A stretch of DNA of 63,999 nt, filler included, from Piptocephalis cylindrospora (taxonomy: Eukaryota), in assembly GCA_003614145.1 (NCBI GenBank). It is 22 parts of 22 records of this genome, joined end to end, with 100 filler letters (N's around TTAATTAATTAA, not from the genome) between each part and the next. Parts side by side here need not be neighbours in the genome. Positions count along the whole stretch, not along the records: positions 1 to 2,888 come from KZ988818.1; positions 2,989 to 5,876 come from KZ988819.1; positions 5,977 to 8,734 come from KZ988820.1; positions 8,835 to 11,602 come from KZ988821.1; positions 11,703 to 14,577 come from KZ988822.1; 17 more parts are not named here. The stretch is one strand, 5' to 3'. Made by a program: the position numbers and the translations under genes. The notes below the pieces were generated by a model. The model made no database searches, was not told the origin of the DNA, and saw only the letters and a program-made list of their open reading frames with translations. Position 1 is the first letter of the stretch. Every line of letters begins with the position of its first letter. Below are positions 1-13,043 of this stretch, one piece after another.

Positions 1-421
1 CTCCAGCTTGAGTGGATTCCTTCCTCGGAGGATAAAGAAGATGGGGCCAAGGAGATATGTACGTACGAGGTACCCGACCCCTTGAGTAGCCGTCCTTGAG
101 GGCTGCATGAGCCACCAGGATGATCAATAATGCCCTTGGCGGATAATGACCCCTGGAAACTCACAAGATCTACTTACTACAGGTGGCAGAAAAGGCTGGA
201 TACCCGTTCCTGGGTCGCGCCATTGTGAGAACTTTTCCATAAGAAGGGAATAGGTTGAACGGGTCTGGGGGAAGAGTTGGTTGAATGGATGTGTAAGGAG
301 GATAGGGCAAACTGGGCATTGACGCCACTGACTTTATCCATTTTGTGTAGCATCCCTACACTACTATCGTTGGCTTGGGAATGATCATGCCAGTCGACAG
401 CGCAATGGCCATATCGCGTAG

Positions 422-2062
<1,641 letters not shown>

Positions 2063-2503
2063 CCCCTTTTTCCTGATACGAATCAAATAATCTCTTCTGC
2101 GCTGGTGGTATTCAATGAATCACACTGGGTGTATTTTGTGCTAGAAAAGAAAAAGATGGTGTAATTGGAAATAGGAAGAGAGTACGAGGAGGATGTCATT
2201 GCACATATCCCACACATCAGACCAAGCCAGACCAAGGAAAGGAAGTTGGGAGGAATGAATGTAAAAGTGAACAAGGATGATCCTACCTTGGTAAACGCGT
2301 ACCTTTTCCATAGAAAGTGGCTCGGTTGGAGGAGTGTACTGTTTTTATCTGCTTCCCCAACACATCTAGTTCCTTTTTCTCCCATTTCCTTACAATCATG
2401 GGACTCCCATGCAAAAAGAATCCCATGCACCACACGTACCTTTCCAGGGAACTGCCCCTGATCCACCACCAAGTCTCCTATCTTTTCCTGAAGGGAACTG
2501 GCG

Positions 2504-2887
2504 TCAAGTCGAAGGGGAGGGAGGGACATACCCGTATCGACCGGTACGAGCACGCACCTCTTCCACGGAGACAAGATTATCATTGTAAATGAGCCTCGCC
2601 GTGCCCCTCTTCCCCTCACCATCCCCGTGACCTACTGCCGTCGACGCCTGGAGCACGGGGTTCGTCGATGCCGGAGGTGGCGGCGGTAACGATTGCTCTG
2701 TAGGATCCGAGGTTGGCTTGCTATTGTTGATCTGAAGGTCAGAGTGGGGAATTGAAGGAAGGGTAGCGGAGGATGGAGTACTCGCTGAAATGAGGTCAAG
2801 CTTAGCCGTAGGCTGGGATGATAGTAATGGAGATTGACCGCGACTATGGGCTCCCGTCTGGGTCCTCGAAGCACCCGGTGAGATGGA
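2504..2887 (-). CDS. C-terminal fragment of BuGZ/ZNF207-like protein (5' truncated by contig end)
   Basis: Manual translation (not in ORF track) gives an S/P-rich region ending ARLIYNDNLVSVEEVRARTGRYGYVPPSPST*, resembling the GLEBS-type motif at the C-terminus of fungal ZNF207 homologues. Confidence 0.6.
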   Translation of the reverse strand, partial: SISPGASRTQTGAHSRGQSPLLSSQPTAKLDLISASTPSSATLPSIPHSDLQINNSKPTSDPTEQSLPPPPPASTNPVLQASTAVGHGDGEGKRGTARLIYNDNLVSVEEVRARTGRYGYVPPSPST

Positions 2888-2888
2888 C

Positions 2889-2988
2889 NNNNNNNNNNNN
2901 NNNNNNNNNNNNNNNNNNNNNNNNNNNNNNNNTTAATTAATTAANNNNNNNNNNNNNNNNNNNNNNNNNNNNNNNNNNNNNNNNNNNN
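2889..2988. other. Artificial contig linker N44-TTAATTAATTAA-N44 (first of 21; others start at 5877, 8735, 11603, 14578, 17437, 20404, 23370, 26322, 29269, 32216, 35161, 38103, 41039, 43975, 46911, 49847, 52779, 55709, 58638, 61565)
   Basis: Identical 100-nt blocks with a six-frame stop core, spaced about 2.9 kb apart. Confidence 0.99.
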
Positions 2989-3137
2989 AGAGAAGTGTTG
3001 GTGGGGGCACCTCCGTGTGGTTTTGTGCGTGTGAGGGGTATGAAAAAGAGGGGGGGGGTGAGAGGGGGGGGGAGGGGGAGGGGGGGGGGGGGGGGAGAGA
3101 AAGAGACCTTTGACCCTCACATGCTCAGATGAGATAG

Positions 3138-3369
3138 AGAGCATGAGGGATGCTTTGGGTGTAGATTGACCGGCGCAGGATGGGGAGGATGCACGATCTC
3201 GCTGGTGGCCCGTGGGACCGAGGAGGCATTCATCGGACATGTCCGACAAGGGTACTATGATGAACGGGTCACGGAGGCGGAGGGGGCTAGGATGGACCGA
3301 TTACTCTTTGCTGTGTATCCGGGGACAGGAGCCAGTTTTGTGGAGGGGATAGAAGGGTGCTATCGGTGA
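3138..3369 (+). CDS. GAL1: Galactokinase (GHMP kinase), last exon
   Basis: After a TAG acceptor: EHEGCFGCRLTGAGWGGCTISLV...GYY...LFAVYPGTGA, containing the GHMP motif RLTGAGWGG. Confidence 0.85.
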
Positions 3370-4165
3370 TGTCCCTTGTTCATAGACCTGCTTTGGGGAA
3401 GGAAGGGCGAGGAGTCGGTGTGGGAGTGGGCGTAGATGAGATGTGCAAGGAGATGAGCCTGTATGCGCAAGGAGATGGGGACATGTGTGCAGAGCAGCGT
3501 GATGTACTTTGTTCTTTGTCTTGGATGGATGGGTGTGTGTACATGGGGGTATTTTTCTCTTGACATGACATGGACGAGTGGAGAATGGCGCTTGAGACAG
3601 ACGGACGAGTCAAGTGTCTCACTCGTTGCTGCATGGACAAGTGCAATGTCCCCCACTCCCTGCATGAGCTATTTGTGTAAATGATTGGATGGCCAAGGTC
3701 TGTGCTAAGAGAGAGGGAGGGGGGCGCTGCATGTCCTCTTCCTCCAGCCGACCGACTACATACTCCCTCCCCCAACAGGAGGAGGATGGCCCTTGACGGC
3801 GGTGGATGGAAAAGGTAGACTCATTGAATCATGATGATGCCACTACAGACTCCCCTCTCTCCTGCGTTCGCCGCTCTGGACATTCTCTCCTCGTCCGTGG
3901 AGGATCCAGAACAGGAGATGGAGAAGGTGTGGGGGATGATCTCATCCGCAGCGATCCTCAAGCAGTCCTGAAAGTGTATGTAGAGTGTACTTTATCGCGG
4001 GGGGCCCTCGTTCCTGGAGCAACAAAGAAGGATGGGATCGATGCGCCCGAAGCTCCCTTTTTTATCCAAGAGTAACGCTGATCCCCTCGCCCATAGGCTT
4101 TTCATGGAGGAATGGGGGATTCGTGTCTTGTCTGTGGGGGGGGGGGCATGAAGCGGATGGGTATT

Positions 4166-4272
4166 CCTCTCTCTCTTGGGCCACGGAAAAGGATCACCCC
4201 TCTCCCTCTTGGGCCACGGAAAAGAATCACCCCTCTCCCTCTTGGGCCACGGAAAAGGATCATCCCTCTCCC
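4166..4272 (+). repeat. 33-bp minisatellite, about 3.2 copies
   Basis: Unit CCTCTCCCTCTTGGGCCACGGAAAAGGATCACC repeated head-to-tail with single substitutions and no spacers. Confidence 0.9.
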
Positions 4273-5976
4273 CTCTTTCCTGATGGTTGTGTGAGCAAGC
4301 ACGAGAGACAAAGAAGGATGGACATGCCATGTCCTTGGGGCTCTTCTCCCTGGACCGAGTGTCACTACGACGTACAAGGAAAGAAGGGACAAGCATCCTG
4401 CTCTCATTTGACTGGTGTAACCACGATGAACATGGCGGTCCGTCAGGGTCCTACGTTGAAGAGTCAGAGCACCGTCGTCAAGTGGGACAAGACAGGGGAG
4501 CTCTCCTTTCCTCCTCATGTGCATCTCCCCTTCTCGTCCCTGGAGGCCTCTCAGCCACTGTGATCTTGCCCTTGCCCTCTTGGGCAGATCCACGATGATG
4601 TCGTCGTCGTCGCCGATGAGAGATAGACGGCGGTCCCTCTTTCACCGAGAAAGAGCGTATGGGGGATGTGTAGGGATGAGGGCCCGGCACTCTATGCAAC
4701 AGGAGATATGTGTGTGTATGTGTGTGTGTGTGTGTGTGACTCCACAAGTAAACTACTCTACCTGCACAACTAGCTTTGTCCTCGACCACCGGCCGTCCCC
4801 TCTCCTGCCTGGCCCCCCTAAAAACCATATCGGAACAGCGACGAGCCTCCCTTGTCCCCCCACCAAAAAAAGGGCCACTTGGCCTCCTGATTGGCCACTT
4901 GGCCCCCTCTCTCCCCTCCTCTCTCTCGCTATTCATGTCTCCGATATCTCCACATCTGCTTTTTACATCATCATCATCACCTCTCTCTAATCAGCCCTCA
5001 TTCATCAGTGACCCTTTGTGTAGAGGCGGGGGGGGGGCCATGTCCTTCTGGGCACCTCCCTTCGCACACCGATACAGAAGCACACACACACACACATACA
5101 CACACACACACATACACACACTTGCACATCTACACACATATTACCGCCCCCCTCTGTCCACATGCGGTCATCCTCTCTCCTCCTCCCCTCACACCTCCTG
5201 AAGTCTTGGCCCAAGAAGGAAATTGACGGATGACACGGACGTTCCGTGTGCACGGGTTGGTAGTGACTGTGGGGAGGAGGGGGGAAGGGGGTCGGAGAAA
5301 GGGAGAGCCTACGATGTGGATGAATCAATCGCCCACATCCGCAGGAGGAGAGGAGGATCTCCAAAAAGAGAGTGCCAAGACTTTTACTCAGATCCCGAGG
5401 CCACACAGACGGGCGGGCTCTTGGAAAGAGAGGCGACAATGGAAGAGAGGAGGGAAGCGCTTGGAACTAGCCTTCCTCGACAGCATCTATAAGTACCCGG
5501 GTCGTTCTTTCTCCTTGTCTCTGTCGAATCCCTCTCCCCTTTCCCTCTGCATCCCATCTGATCTTTGTCTCTGTCTCTGTCCCTCTCTTTTCTCTTTTCT
5601 CTTTTCTCTCTCCTCTCTCCTCTCTCCCCCTATCCTCTCGTTCTGCACACCATGTCGTTTCATTCTTGCCATCCCCGCCGTGAATCGGTCGGTTCCTTTG
5701 ATCCCTCCCTCCACCCCCCTTCCCATCCCTCCCATCCCAGTGTCTACCCCCCTCCCTATCCATCCAGGGAGCATGTGGGTAGAGGGGTGGTAGGGCACTG
5801 GCATGGACATGGTGGGGTATCTGGGGTCGTGCTGCCACTGAGGATAGGGGGAGGGGGGGGGGGCGGGGGGGCAACGNNNNNNNNNNNNNNNNNNNNNNNN
5901 NNNNNNNNNNNNNNNNNNNNTTAATTAATTAANNNNNNNNNNNNNNNNNNNNNNNNNNNNNNNNNNNNNNNNNNNN

Positions 5977-6262
5977 CTTAACCTGCTAAATAGCGACGTG
6001 ACCCTTTCGTGGTCACGGCCCGCTTCTTAGAGGGACTGTCGGCGTTGCAGCCGACGGAAGTTTGAGGCAATAACAGGTCTGTGATGCCCTTAGATGTTCT
6101 GGGCCGCACGCGCGCTACACTGACGAAGCCAGCGAGTCTATCACCTTGGCCGGAAGGCCCGGGTAATCTTGTGAAACTTCGTCGTGCTGGGGATAGTCCT
6201 TTGCAATTTTCGGACTTGAACGAGGAATTCCTAGTAAGCGCAAGTCATCAGCTTGCGTTGAT

Positions 6263-6308
<46 letters not shown>

Positions 6309-6392
6309 AATGGCTTAGTGAGGTCCTCGGATTGGCGGTGGGCTGCCGGCAACGGCGGCCCGCTGCTGAAAAGTTGAACAAACTTGGTCATT

Positions 6393-6450
<58 letters not shown>
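5977..6450 (+). rRNA. 18S rRNA, 3' part
   Basis: Universal motifs AACAGGTCTGTGATGCCC, GTACACACCGCCCGTC, AAGTCGTAACAAGGTTTCCGTAGGTGAACCTGCGGAAGGATCATTA. Confidence 0.98.
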
Positions 6451-6451
<1 letters not shown>

Positions 6452-6802
6452 AAGAGTCCCATCCTCGAATTAGTAGTTTACTGCTGGTTCGCAGAGTTGG
6501 TGACATCCTATCCAAACCTGGATAAACGTTAAACAGGTAGAAAGGAGGAAAAGTTGATCTTCGGATCAGCTATTCTTCCTGGGCCACCTGTCCTAACATA
6601 TCCTCATGCTGACGACCTCTGTATTCTTGGGTTTGCCATTGTGAATGCTGCAGTTGGGGCTAGTCCTCTTCAGCGCTTGTAGCTTGGCACTCCCATACAG
6701 TTAAACAACTTTGTAAACAACCATTCTATAGATTTTTAGTTGCACTAGGGAGGAAAAGTACTTCGGTACGGCTTCTCCTACGAGTGTATCCTAACTTAAT
6801 AC
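6451..6802 (+). other. ITS1
   Basis: Lies between the 18S 3' end and the 5.8S start. Confidence 0.9.
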
Positions 6803-6960
6803 AACTGTTAACAACGGATCACTCGGTTCTCACGTCGATGAAGAGCGTAGCGAATTGCGAAAAGTAATGCGATCTGCACCCATCGTGAATCATCGAATCC
6901 TTGAACGCACACTGCACCCAATGGTATCCCCATGGGTATGCCTGATTGAGTACCGGTTAC
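6803..6960 (+). rRNA. 5.8S rRNA (divergent)
   Basis: AACAACGGATCACTCGGTTC, TCGATGAAGAGCGTAGC, GTGAATCATCGAATCCTTGAACGCAC. Boundaries approximate. Confidence 0.95.
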
Positions 6961-7301
6961 ATCATCAAAAGGTTTATTCTTTTTGGAATTGGACTCTCCC
7001 CTATTCCGCTTCTTTTGAGGCAGGGAAGGGGTAGTCTTAAATGAAGGACGCTGGATGTGTTGTACCCGCACGGGTCTCCTCCTGCCGTTCTATCTTTTCT
7101 CCCATCTCTATGTATGGTGTATTGGTCGCGATCTTACTTCCCAAGTATACTTCGGTGTATGGAAGGGAGTGAGAACACGAATTTCACGCTTTGTATAGTC
7201 CTGGGTGGATTGGTAGACGGAATCACAGGGAAGATCAGTGCACGACACTTTTAGTTGCTCGACTGCGACCTTGGCTTGTCCTTGGTGCATTCATTGAATT
7301 T
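6961..7301 (+). other. ITS2
   Basis: Lies between 5.8S and the 28S start. Boundaries approximate. Confidence 0.85.
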
Positions 7302-7639
7302 TCGGTCTCAGTTAGGTAGGAGTACCCGCTGAACTTAAGCATATCAGTAAGCGGAGGAAAAGAAACCAACAGGGATTCCCCTAGTAACGGCGAGTGAAGC
7401 GGGAAGAGCTCAAATTTGAAATCGTGTCAGGGTGACCTGGTCGCGAATTGTAGTTTGATGAGGTATGCTTGGTGGGCGCCTGGGTCAAAATCCTTTGGAA
7501 AAGGGTATCATAGAGGGTGACAATCCCGTCTGTGATCCAGACAGCGGTCTATCGTGTAAGCTACCTTCAAAGAGTCGGGTTGTTTGGGAATGCAGCCCTA
7601 AGCTGGTGGTAAATTCCATCTAAAGCTAAATATTCGTGA

Positions 7640-7688
<49 letters not shown>

Positions 7689-8734
7689 GAGAGAGAGTCA
7701 AACAGCACGTGAAATTGTTAACAGGGAAACGTTGGGCACCAGTACGCGCCTCGCGTAAAATCAACCATCTCTTCCCCAAGGGTATACGTCCGGGTGGGCG
7801 AGCTTTAAAAAGCCGTTCTTCGGTTCGTTACCTAAGGGGGGGTGGTGCACTTTTGCGTGGGCGGGTCAACATCAGTTAGGACCGCCGGAAAATCCTCAAG
7901 GGAAGGTAGGTACAGGATTCGTCCAGTACAACTTATAGCCCTTGTTGAACGCGGCGATTCTGACTGTGGAGTCGCGACTCGTGCTTCCTTCGGGAGGCAG
8001 GCCCCCAGGGCCCTCTTCGCTCCCCGGTGCTAGACAGCTTGCTGATTAGTACTGGTCTGGGTGTGGATGTGGTCAGGGTAGGGCTCTAGCGAGTCTCGGA
8101 CGTTGGCGAAATGGTTCTCAACGACCCGTCTTGAAACACGGACCAAGGAGTCTAACATGTGTGCGAGTATTTGGGTGCTAAACCCGGATGCATAATGAAA
8201 GTGACCACAGGGGAGAAGGGTTTGGCTTAACGGCCGGCTCCGCACCCTCGACCGATCTGATTGCCCTCGTGGCGACGGGTTTGAGTTTGAGCATATCTGT
8301 TAGGACCCGAAAGATGGTGAACTATGCCTGAGTAGGATGAAGCCAGAGGAAACTCTGGTGGAGGTCCGTAGCGATTCTGACGTGCAAATCGATCGTCGAA
8401 CTTGGGTATAGGGGCGAAAGACTAATCGAACCATCTAGTAGCTGGTTCCCGCCGAAGTTTCCCTCAGGATAGCAGAAACGCGTGACAGTATTATGAGGTA
8501 AAGCGAATGATTAGAGGCCTTGGGGGCGAAATGCCCTTAACCTATTCTCAAACTTTAAATATGTAAGAAGTTCTTGCCACTTAATTGGGCTTGGACATGT
8601 CGTATGAGCGTTTCTAGTGGGCCATTTTTGGTAAGCAGAACTGGCGATGTGGGATGAACCAGACGGGAGGTTAAGGTGCCGGAATGTACGCTCATGTAGA
8701 CACCACAAAAGGTGTTGGTTCATCTAGACAGCAG
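7302..8734 (+). rRNA. 28S rRNA, 5' part (D1-D3 region)
   Basis: ACCCGCTGAACTTAAGC (LR0R site), GAGTCGGGTTGTTTGGGAATGC, CCCGTCTTGAAACACGGACCAAGGAG, CGAAGTTTCCCTCAGGA. Confidence 0.98.
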
Positions 8735-8834
8735 NNNNNNNNNNNNNNNNNNNNNNNNNNNNNNNNNNNNNNNNNNNNTTAATTAATTAANNNNNNNNNN
8801 NNNNNNNNNNNNNNNNNNNNNNNNNNNNNNNNNN

Positions 8835-11602
8835 AAGGATGGGCGCCCTTTGTGAGAACGTAGTAGAAAATACATCCGGTAGAGAAGATGTCCACGGCCC
8901 GGGTAAACCTTGGGGGAAGAGCACTGTCGGTTTCCGCATGGGCGAGGCACTCAGGAGCCCTCCATCCTACAGTCCCGACCATCCCCCCGGCCCCACCCCC
9001 TATCCGTCCTAGCCCATCTGCCCCTGTGCCTGACCCTGCACCTGGGGATAGGGTGAGGCCAAAAGAGCTAACGGGCCCCTCCAGCTTCTTACACAGTCCA
9101 AAATCTGAGATAAGGACCCGGCCAGATGTGCTCAGTAAAAGGTTCTGGGGCTTCAGATCCCGGTGAACCAGGCGTAATCGATGCATATGCTCTAGGCCAA
9201 GGGCAATATGCCTCAGAATACGAAGAGGGGATGGAAGGAGGGGAACATCCCTCCCTTCAGCCAGCTGACCTGTTCCAGAGCTCTCGATAGCCAAGAGATC
9301 CGCCAGGGAGGCTACACACTTCTCCACGGCAATGTAGGCAAATCGATCACACTGCTCTCGACCAAAATACCGGACAATGTGCGCATGGTCATCGGATGCC
9401 TGTAGGATGGCCACTTCATGCTCAGCTACCGTATAAAAGTCGAGGAGAACCCGCTTGACGGCCACTTCCCTACCCTGAAATCTTCCTCGCATCACCACTG
9501 TTCCATGGGATCCGTACCCCAAAATCTCTCCTTCTCCCACCTCCATAGATCCAATACGCATCCAGCCATTATCGTTGATGATGCGGATCTGGGCTGAGGA
9601 TGAGCTCTTGGATACCAAGGATGGTCTTTCCCCCGTCTCCTCCTTCCACTCCTCCCGATGTCCTGTGTAGGATGAGGTAAGTGAAGTGGAACGAGGTGAG
9701 GCGGCAGATCCACCGCCAGAGGAACTACGTCTCTCTAGACGGCCACGTCTCCTACCCAGCCCATCCATCCCCTCCTTCTCCCTTCGCTCTTCCAGGATCT
9801 CCTCTCTCCATTGTCTCATCCACGAATCCTTCCTTTGGTACCATGTTGAGGGAAGGGAGGGCGGATTGGAGGGAACGGAGGAGGGCTCTGAATGGGAATC
9901 CCCAGACATGGAGCTTCCCATACCAGAATCTCCACCACTTCTTGCGGAATAGCCAGTACTTGAGGTTGAAGATGCCTCGTACTCAAGTTCTTTGTCATCC
10001 ACCTCTTCCACGCACATAGCGAGGTCATCACACGCAATACCAATACACACGCGGGATGCCCGATGAAGGGAGTTCAGGATAAATCCTATCCAGGTGTCGG
10101 GGTTTCCGGGATTAAGCAGAAGATAGGATTTCATCCATGATCTTCCCCGGCTCCTCCATTTGCACATTTCTTCTTCCTCCCAGAAGCCGCAGGCACGGGC
10201 AATTCGACGGAAATTACGCCTTCTTTGCCTTCGCTTCTCTCGGTCTTTAGGGCGCCAGTATCCGCGAATCAGAGAGAAGATCTTGACAAAGATTCGGATC
10301 AACACAACACTGAATCCCAACTTGGAAAGCATGGCCCACTTGTACAGTTTCTCCACAGAAGGGCCAGGGCCAGAACTATCAAAGCCAAGCATCCGGTGTA
10401 TCCACCAGGGCTTCCGTCCATCCCGGTCCTCTTTATCCTGGCCTCTCTCTTCCTCTTTTCCTGAAGAAGCCTCCCCGAGCGGATCAAGAAGCATTCCACG
10501 GACCCAATTCTCAGGCAAAGGATTCTTCCCCTGGGGGGCCGGTGCATGAGCCTTCCTCTCATTCGTCCCTTCGATCATCCCTGAATCCTTAGCCCATGAT
10601 GTGCGATGGATGGGGTAAACACCTGGATACAGCTGTGAGCCCCCCTTTTTCTCTGCTTCATCAAAGGACTTGATATTCTGCATTGGGAGAGCAAAAAGCA
10701 ATGAAGGATAAGACACGCTATTCAATCGTCACCTATCACCAACAGAAGTTTACCTTGCTTTCATTATCGCTATGCTCAGTGAGCGGTCGTTGAGCCAGAG
10801 CATAAAAGTGATTTGGGCTTCCGGGAAGTGGCAAAACTTGGACTGACCGTGACCTAGAAGAAGTGTAGGTGAACGAAGGGGTGTCCACCTGACTGAGTGA
10901 CAAGAGGGCAGATGAAGGCTTGGAGTCAATCGATATCCGTGTCCTGTGAAGCTGGATATCCTCATCTTGGCCTAAAAGAAGGTCATAAGCTGACACAACG
11001 GCCAGGGAAGAGGGCTCCTTGAAAGTGGAAGGGAGGTGAGCCTTCCAAGCCAACCTTTTCTTTTGATTTAACTCGGCCTCAATGTACTCGGCCTCCTCTT
11101 CATCACGAGTCAGCGCGCGCATCCAAACCTCTCCTTTGCCCGTGGCATCAAAGGCTAAGGAAAGACCATCATGGGATGCAGCATTTTCTCGATTCATCCA
11201 CCGAGCATCCTTGGCCGGCGCTGATTCTGCGACAGACGACTGAAGGGAGGGATGAAATTCACTAAATGTTAAGTTCCAATTGGCTCCTACTTCTGTGGAA
11301 TCCGGTGGATGTATGGTAACTTTGTAAGTGGTCCGGCTCAAGGACAGTCTTCTCTCGCTCCCTTCTTCTTCCTCCTCCTCAGGGGAGCCAACTTCTGGAA
11401 CATTTATGCCTTCGGGGGTCTTTCCTCCCTCCTGGAGATTCGTTCCGTAAGCACGAATCAATGCACCCGTCCTTGGATCAAGTATATAGAGGGTAGTATG
11501 CCTTTGAGCTGTGAAGACCGTGCCATCCGGGGTGGAGAAGGCTGGGAGATTGGCCAATTGCTTGATGCTAAGGGGCAAGGGTTCAAGGGCAGCCGAGGGC
11601 GA
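8835..11602 (-). CDS. IRE1: IRE1 ER-stress kinase/endoribonuclease, partial at both ends; intron 10678-10753
   Basis: Luminal-domain segment (LSIKQLANLPAFSTPDGTVF...LSLSRTTYKVTI...WNLTFSEF), a hydrophobic TM segment, and kinase ILGYGSHGTVVMRGRFQGREVAVKRVLLDFY...SDDHAHIVRYF...HRDLKPQNLL...ISDFGLCKKL...GTVGWRAPE...DIFSTGCIFYYVLTKGAHP. Confidence 0.95.
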
Positions 11603-11966
11603 NNNNNNNNNNNNNNNNNNNNNNNNNNNNNNNNNNNNNNNNNNNNTTAATTAATTAANNNNNNNNNNNNNNNNNNNNNNNNNNNNNNNNNNNNNNNNNN
11701 NNAACGATGCCTCAAACACAGTCTAATTCTCATAGATCTAAAAAGACGGATGAGATTAGTGGAGATGATTTGAAAAGCCCGATGCGTGAGGTGGATAATC
11801 AAAGCTTGGAAGTTGAAGCTGAAGCCGAGGAAAAGTTTTTTCCGGTCCAGGACCATTCTCCCCTCCTCCCTCCCCACAACCCCAAAACCCTTTTTCAAAA
11901 AAAAAACAGGTTACAGAGGGTTATTCTTCCCCCCCCCCCCCCCCCCCCCCTTCCCCCCGAATCACC

Positions 11967-13043
11967 TTACACATTCACAGACCAAGGCGATCCGGGAAGA
12001 TCCACCCGGATAGGCCCTCCAGATCCAGATCCAATAGCTTCCTCCTCCTCAGACTCTTCCATCGTGTCAGGCCACTCATTAATCCTCCCTGCGCTCCAAA
12101 GAAGGGCACGACGCCGAGCAATCACCATCCCACCCAAGGCTTCTTGATTGGCCCTGCCTGCCTCCCGGAATGGCTGAATTACCAACCCGTCATTGCCCTC
12201 AGCTTTTGCCGACCCATCAGCACATTCCAATGGAAAGTCCTCGCCCACAGGAGGTCCCGCCCAACCAGCTTGGTGAGCTCGCTCGGACATGGCCGCAATC
12301 GCTCCAGGGAGCTTACGGAGAAATTGGCGCATGGAGCTGGGCAGATTGGCTCCCTCTTGCTCCCCCACTGTCTCCATCCTTGCCGCCCTGACCCGCCATA
12401 GCCACATCTCCGCCTCTTGAAGAGCCATCTCTGTTTCCTTCTCCCCCCGCATGTCTTCTCTGCCTTGGGAAAGTTGGGAAAGGAACTCGGGGACAGTGGA
12501 GGGATCCGCTGGGAGGACCCCAGTTGCTCGAAATACAGTAGACCGATCAAAACCCCTGGTAACCCCTGGTAACCGAAGACCCCCGGGAGCCACCACATCA
12601 GAAGGAGGCAACTGGCCTCCAAGGAGCCAAAGAAGTGTTCCAAAAGATTCCCAGGCATCCGCATACTGCGAAAGCCGTTCTTTGGGCCAGGCGCCGATCC
12701 CGGTGGTGATCCCTGCCCGCTCCATGGGAGTCATAAAGTCCGAAAGATCCGTCTCTCCGGTTGATTGTTGCAGCGCGTGCAAGGACTTAGCTAATCTATC
12801 ATCCATCATACCCCGGTCCTGATGCGCTGCTTCCAACCCCCATCGCGCTAAGGAAAATTGCAAGGCCAGGGCACGTGCCGCCACATCAAAGGCCGTGCGG
12901 GGAGAAGGCGGCGTAGTGGCATCCGTCGGTGGAACGGTGGAGGAAAGTCGGGCTCCAAGACCGCGAGCGCGGCCGAAAGGAGAGCCCACGGAGATCGCGG
13001 GCCGTATACCGCCTGACCAGAATAATGCGCGAGAAAGTGCCAT
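11967..13043 (-). CDS. DUF4272-like protein with probable mitochondrial presequence
   Basis: Motifs WESFGTLLWLLG, AEMWLWRVRAAR, GEDFP, ARRRALLWSAGRINEWPD recall DUF4272 proteins (recognised from memory). The N-terminus MALSRALFWSGGIRPAISVGSPFGRARGLGARLSST is R/S/A-rich and lacks acidic residues. Confidence 0.55.
   Translation of the reverse strand: MALSRALFWSGGIRPAISVGSPFGRARGLGARLSSTVPPTDATTPPSPRTAFDVAARALALQFSLARWGLEAAHQDRGMMDDRLAKSLHALQQSTGETDLSDFMTPMERAGITTGIGAWPKERLSQYADAWESFGTLLWLLGGQLPPSDVVAPGGLRLPGVTRGFDRSTVFRATGVLPADPSTVPEFLSQLSQGREDMRGEKETEMALQEAEMWLWRVRAARMETVGEQEGANLPSSMRQFLRKLPGAIAAMSERAHQAGWAGPPVGEDFPLECADGSAKAEGNDGLVIQPFREAGRANQEALGGMVIARRRALLWSAGRINEWPDTMEESEEEEAIGSGSGGPIRVDLPGSPWSVNV

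Noticed and set aside
4166..4272. 33-bp repeat as a CRISPR array
   Set aside because: Head-to-tail units without spacers, eukaryotic context, and no cas genes.
3369..5876. Many overlapping 60-190 aa ORFs
   Set aside because: They arise from CT/GA/CA microsatellite-rich intergenic or UTR sequence and show no protein-like motifs.
5977..8734. ORFs within rDNA (e.g. 6081..6377, 8030..8245)
   Set aside because: Spurious frames overlapping rRNA genes.
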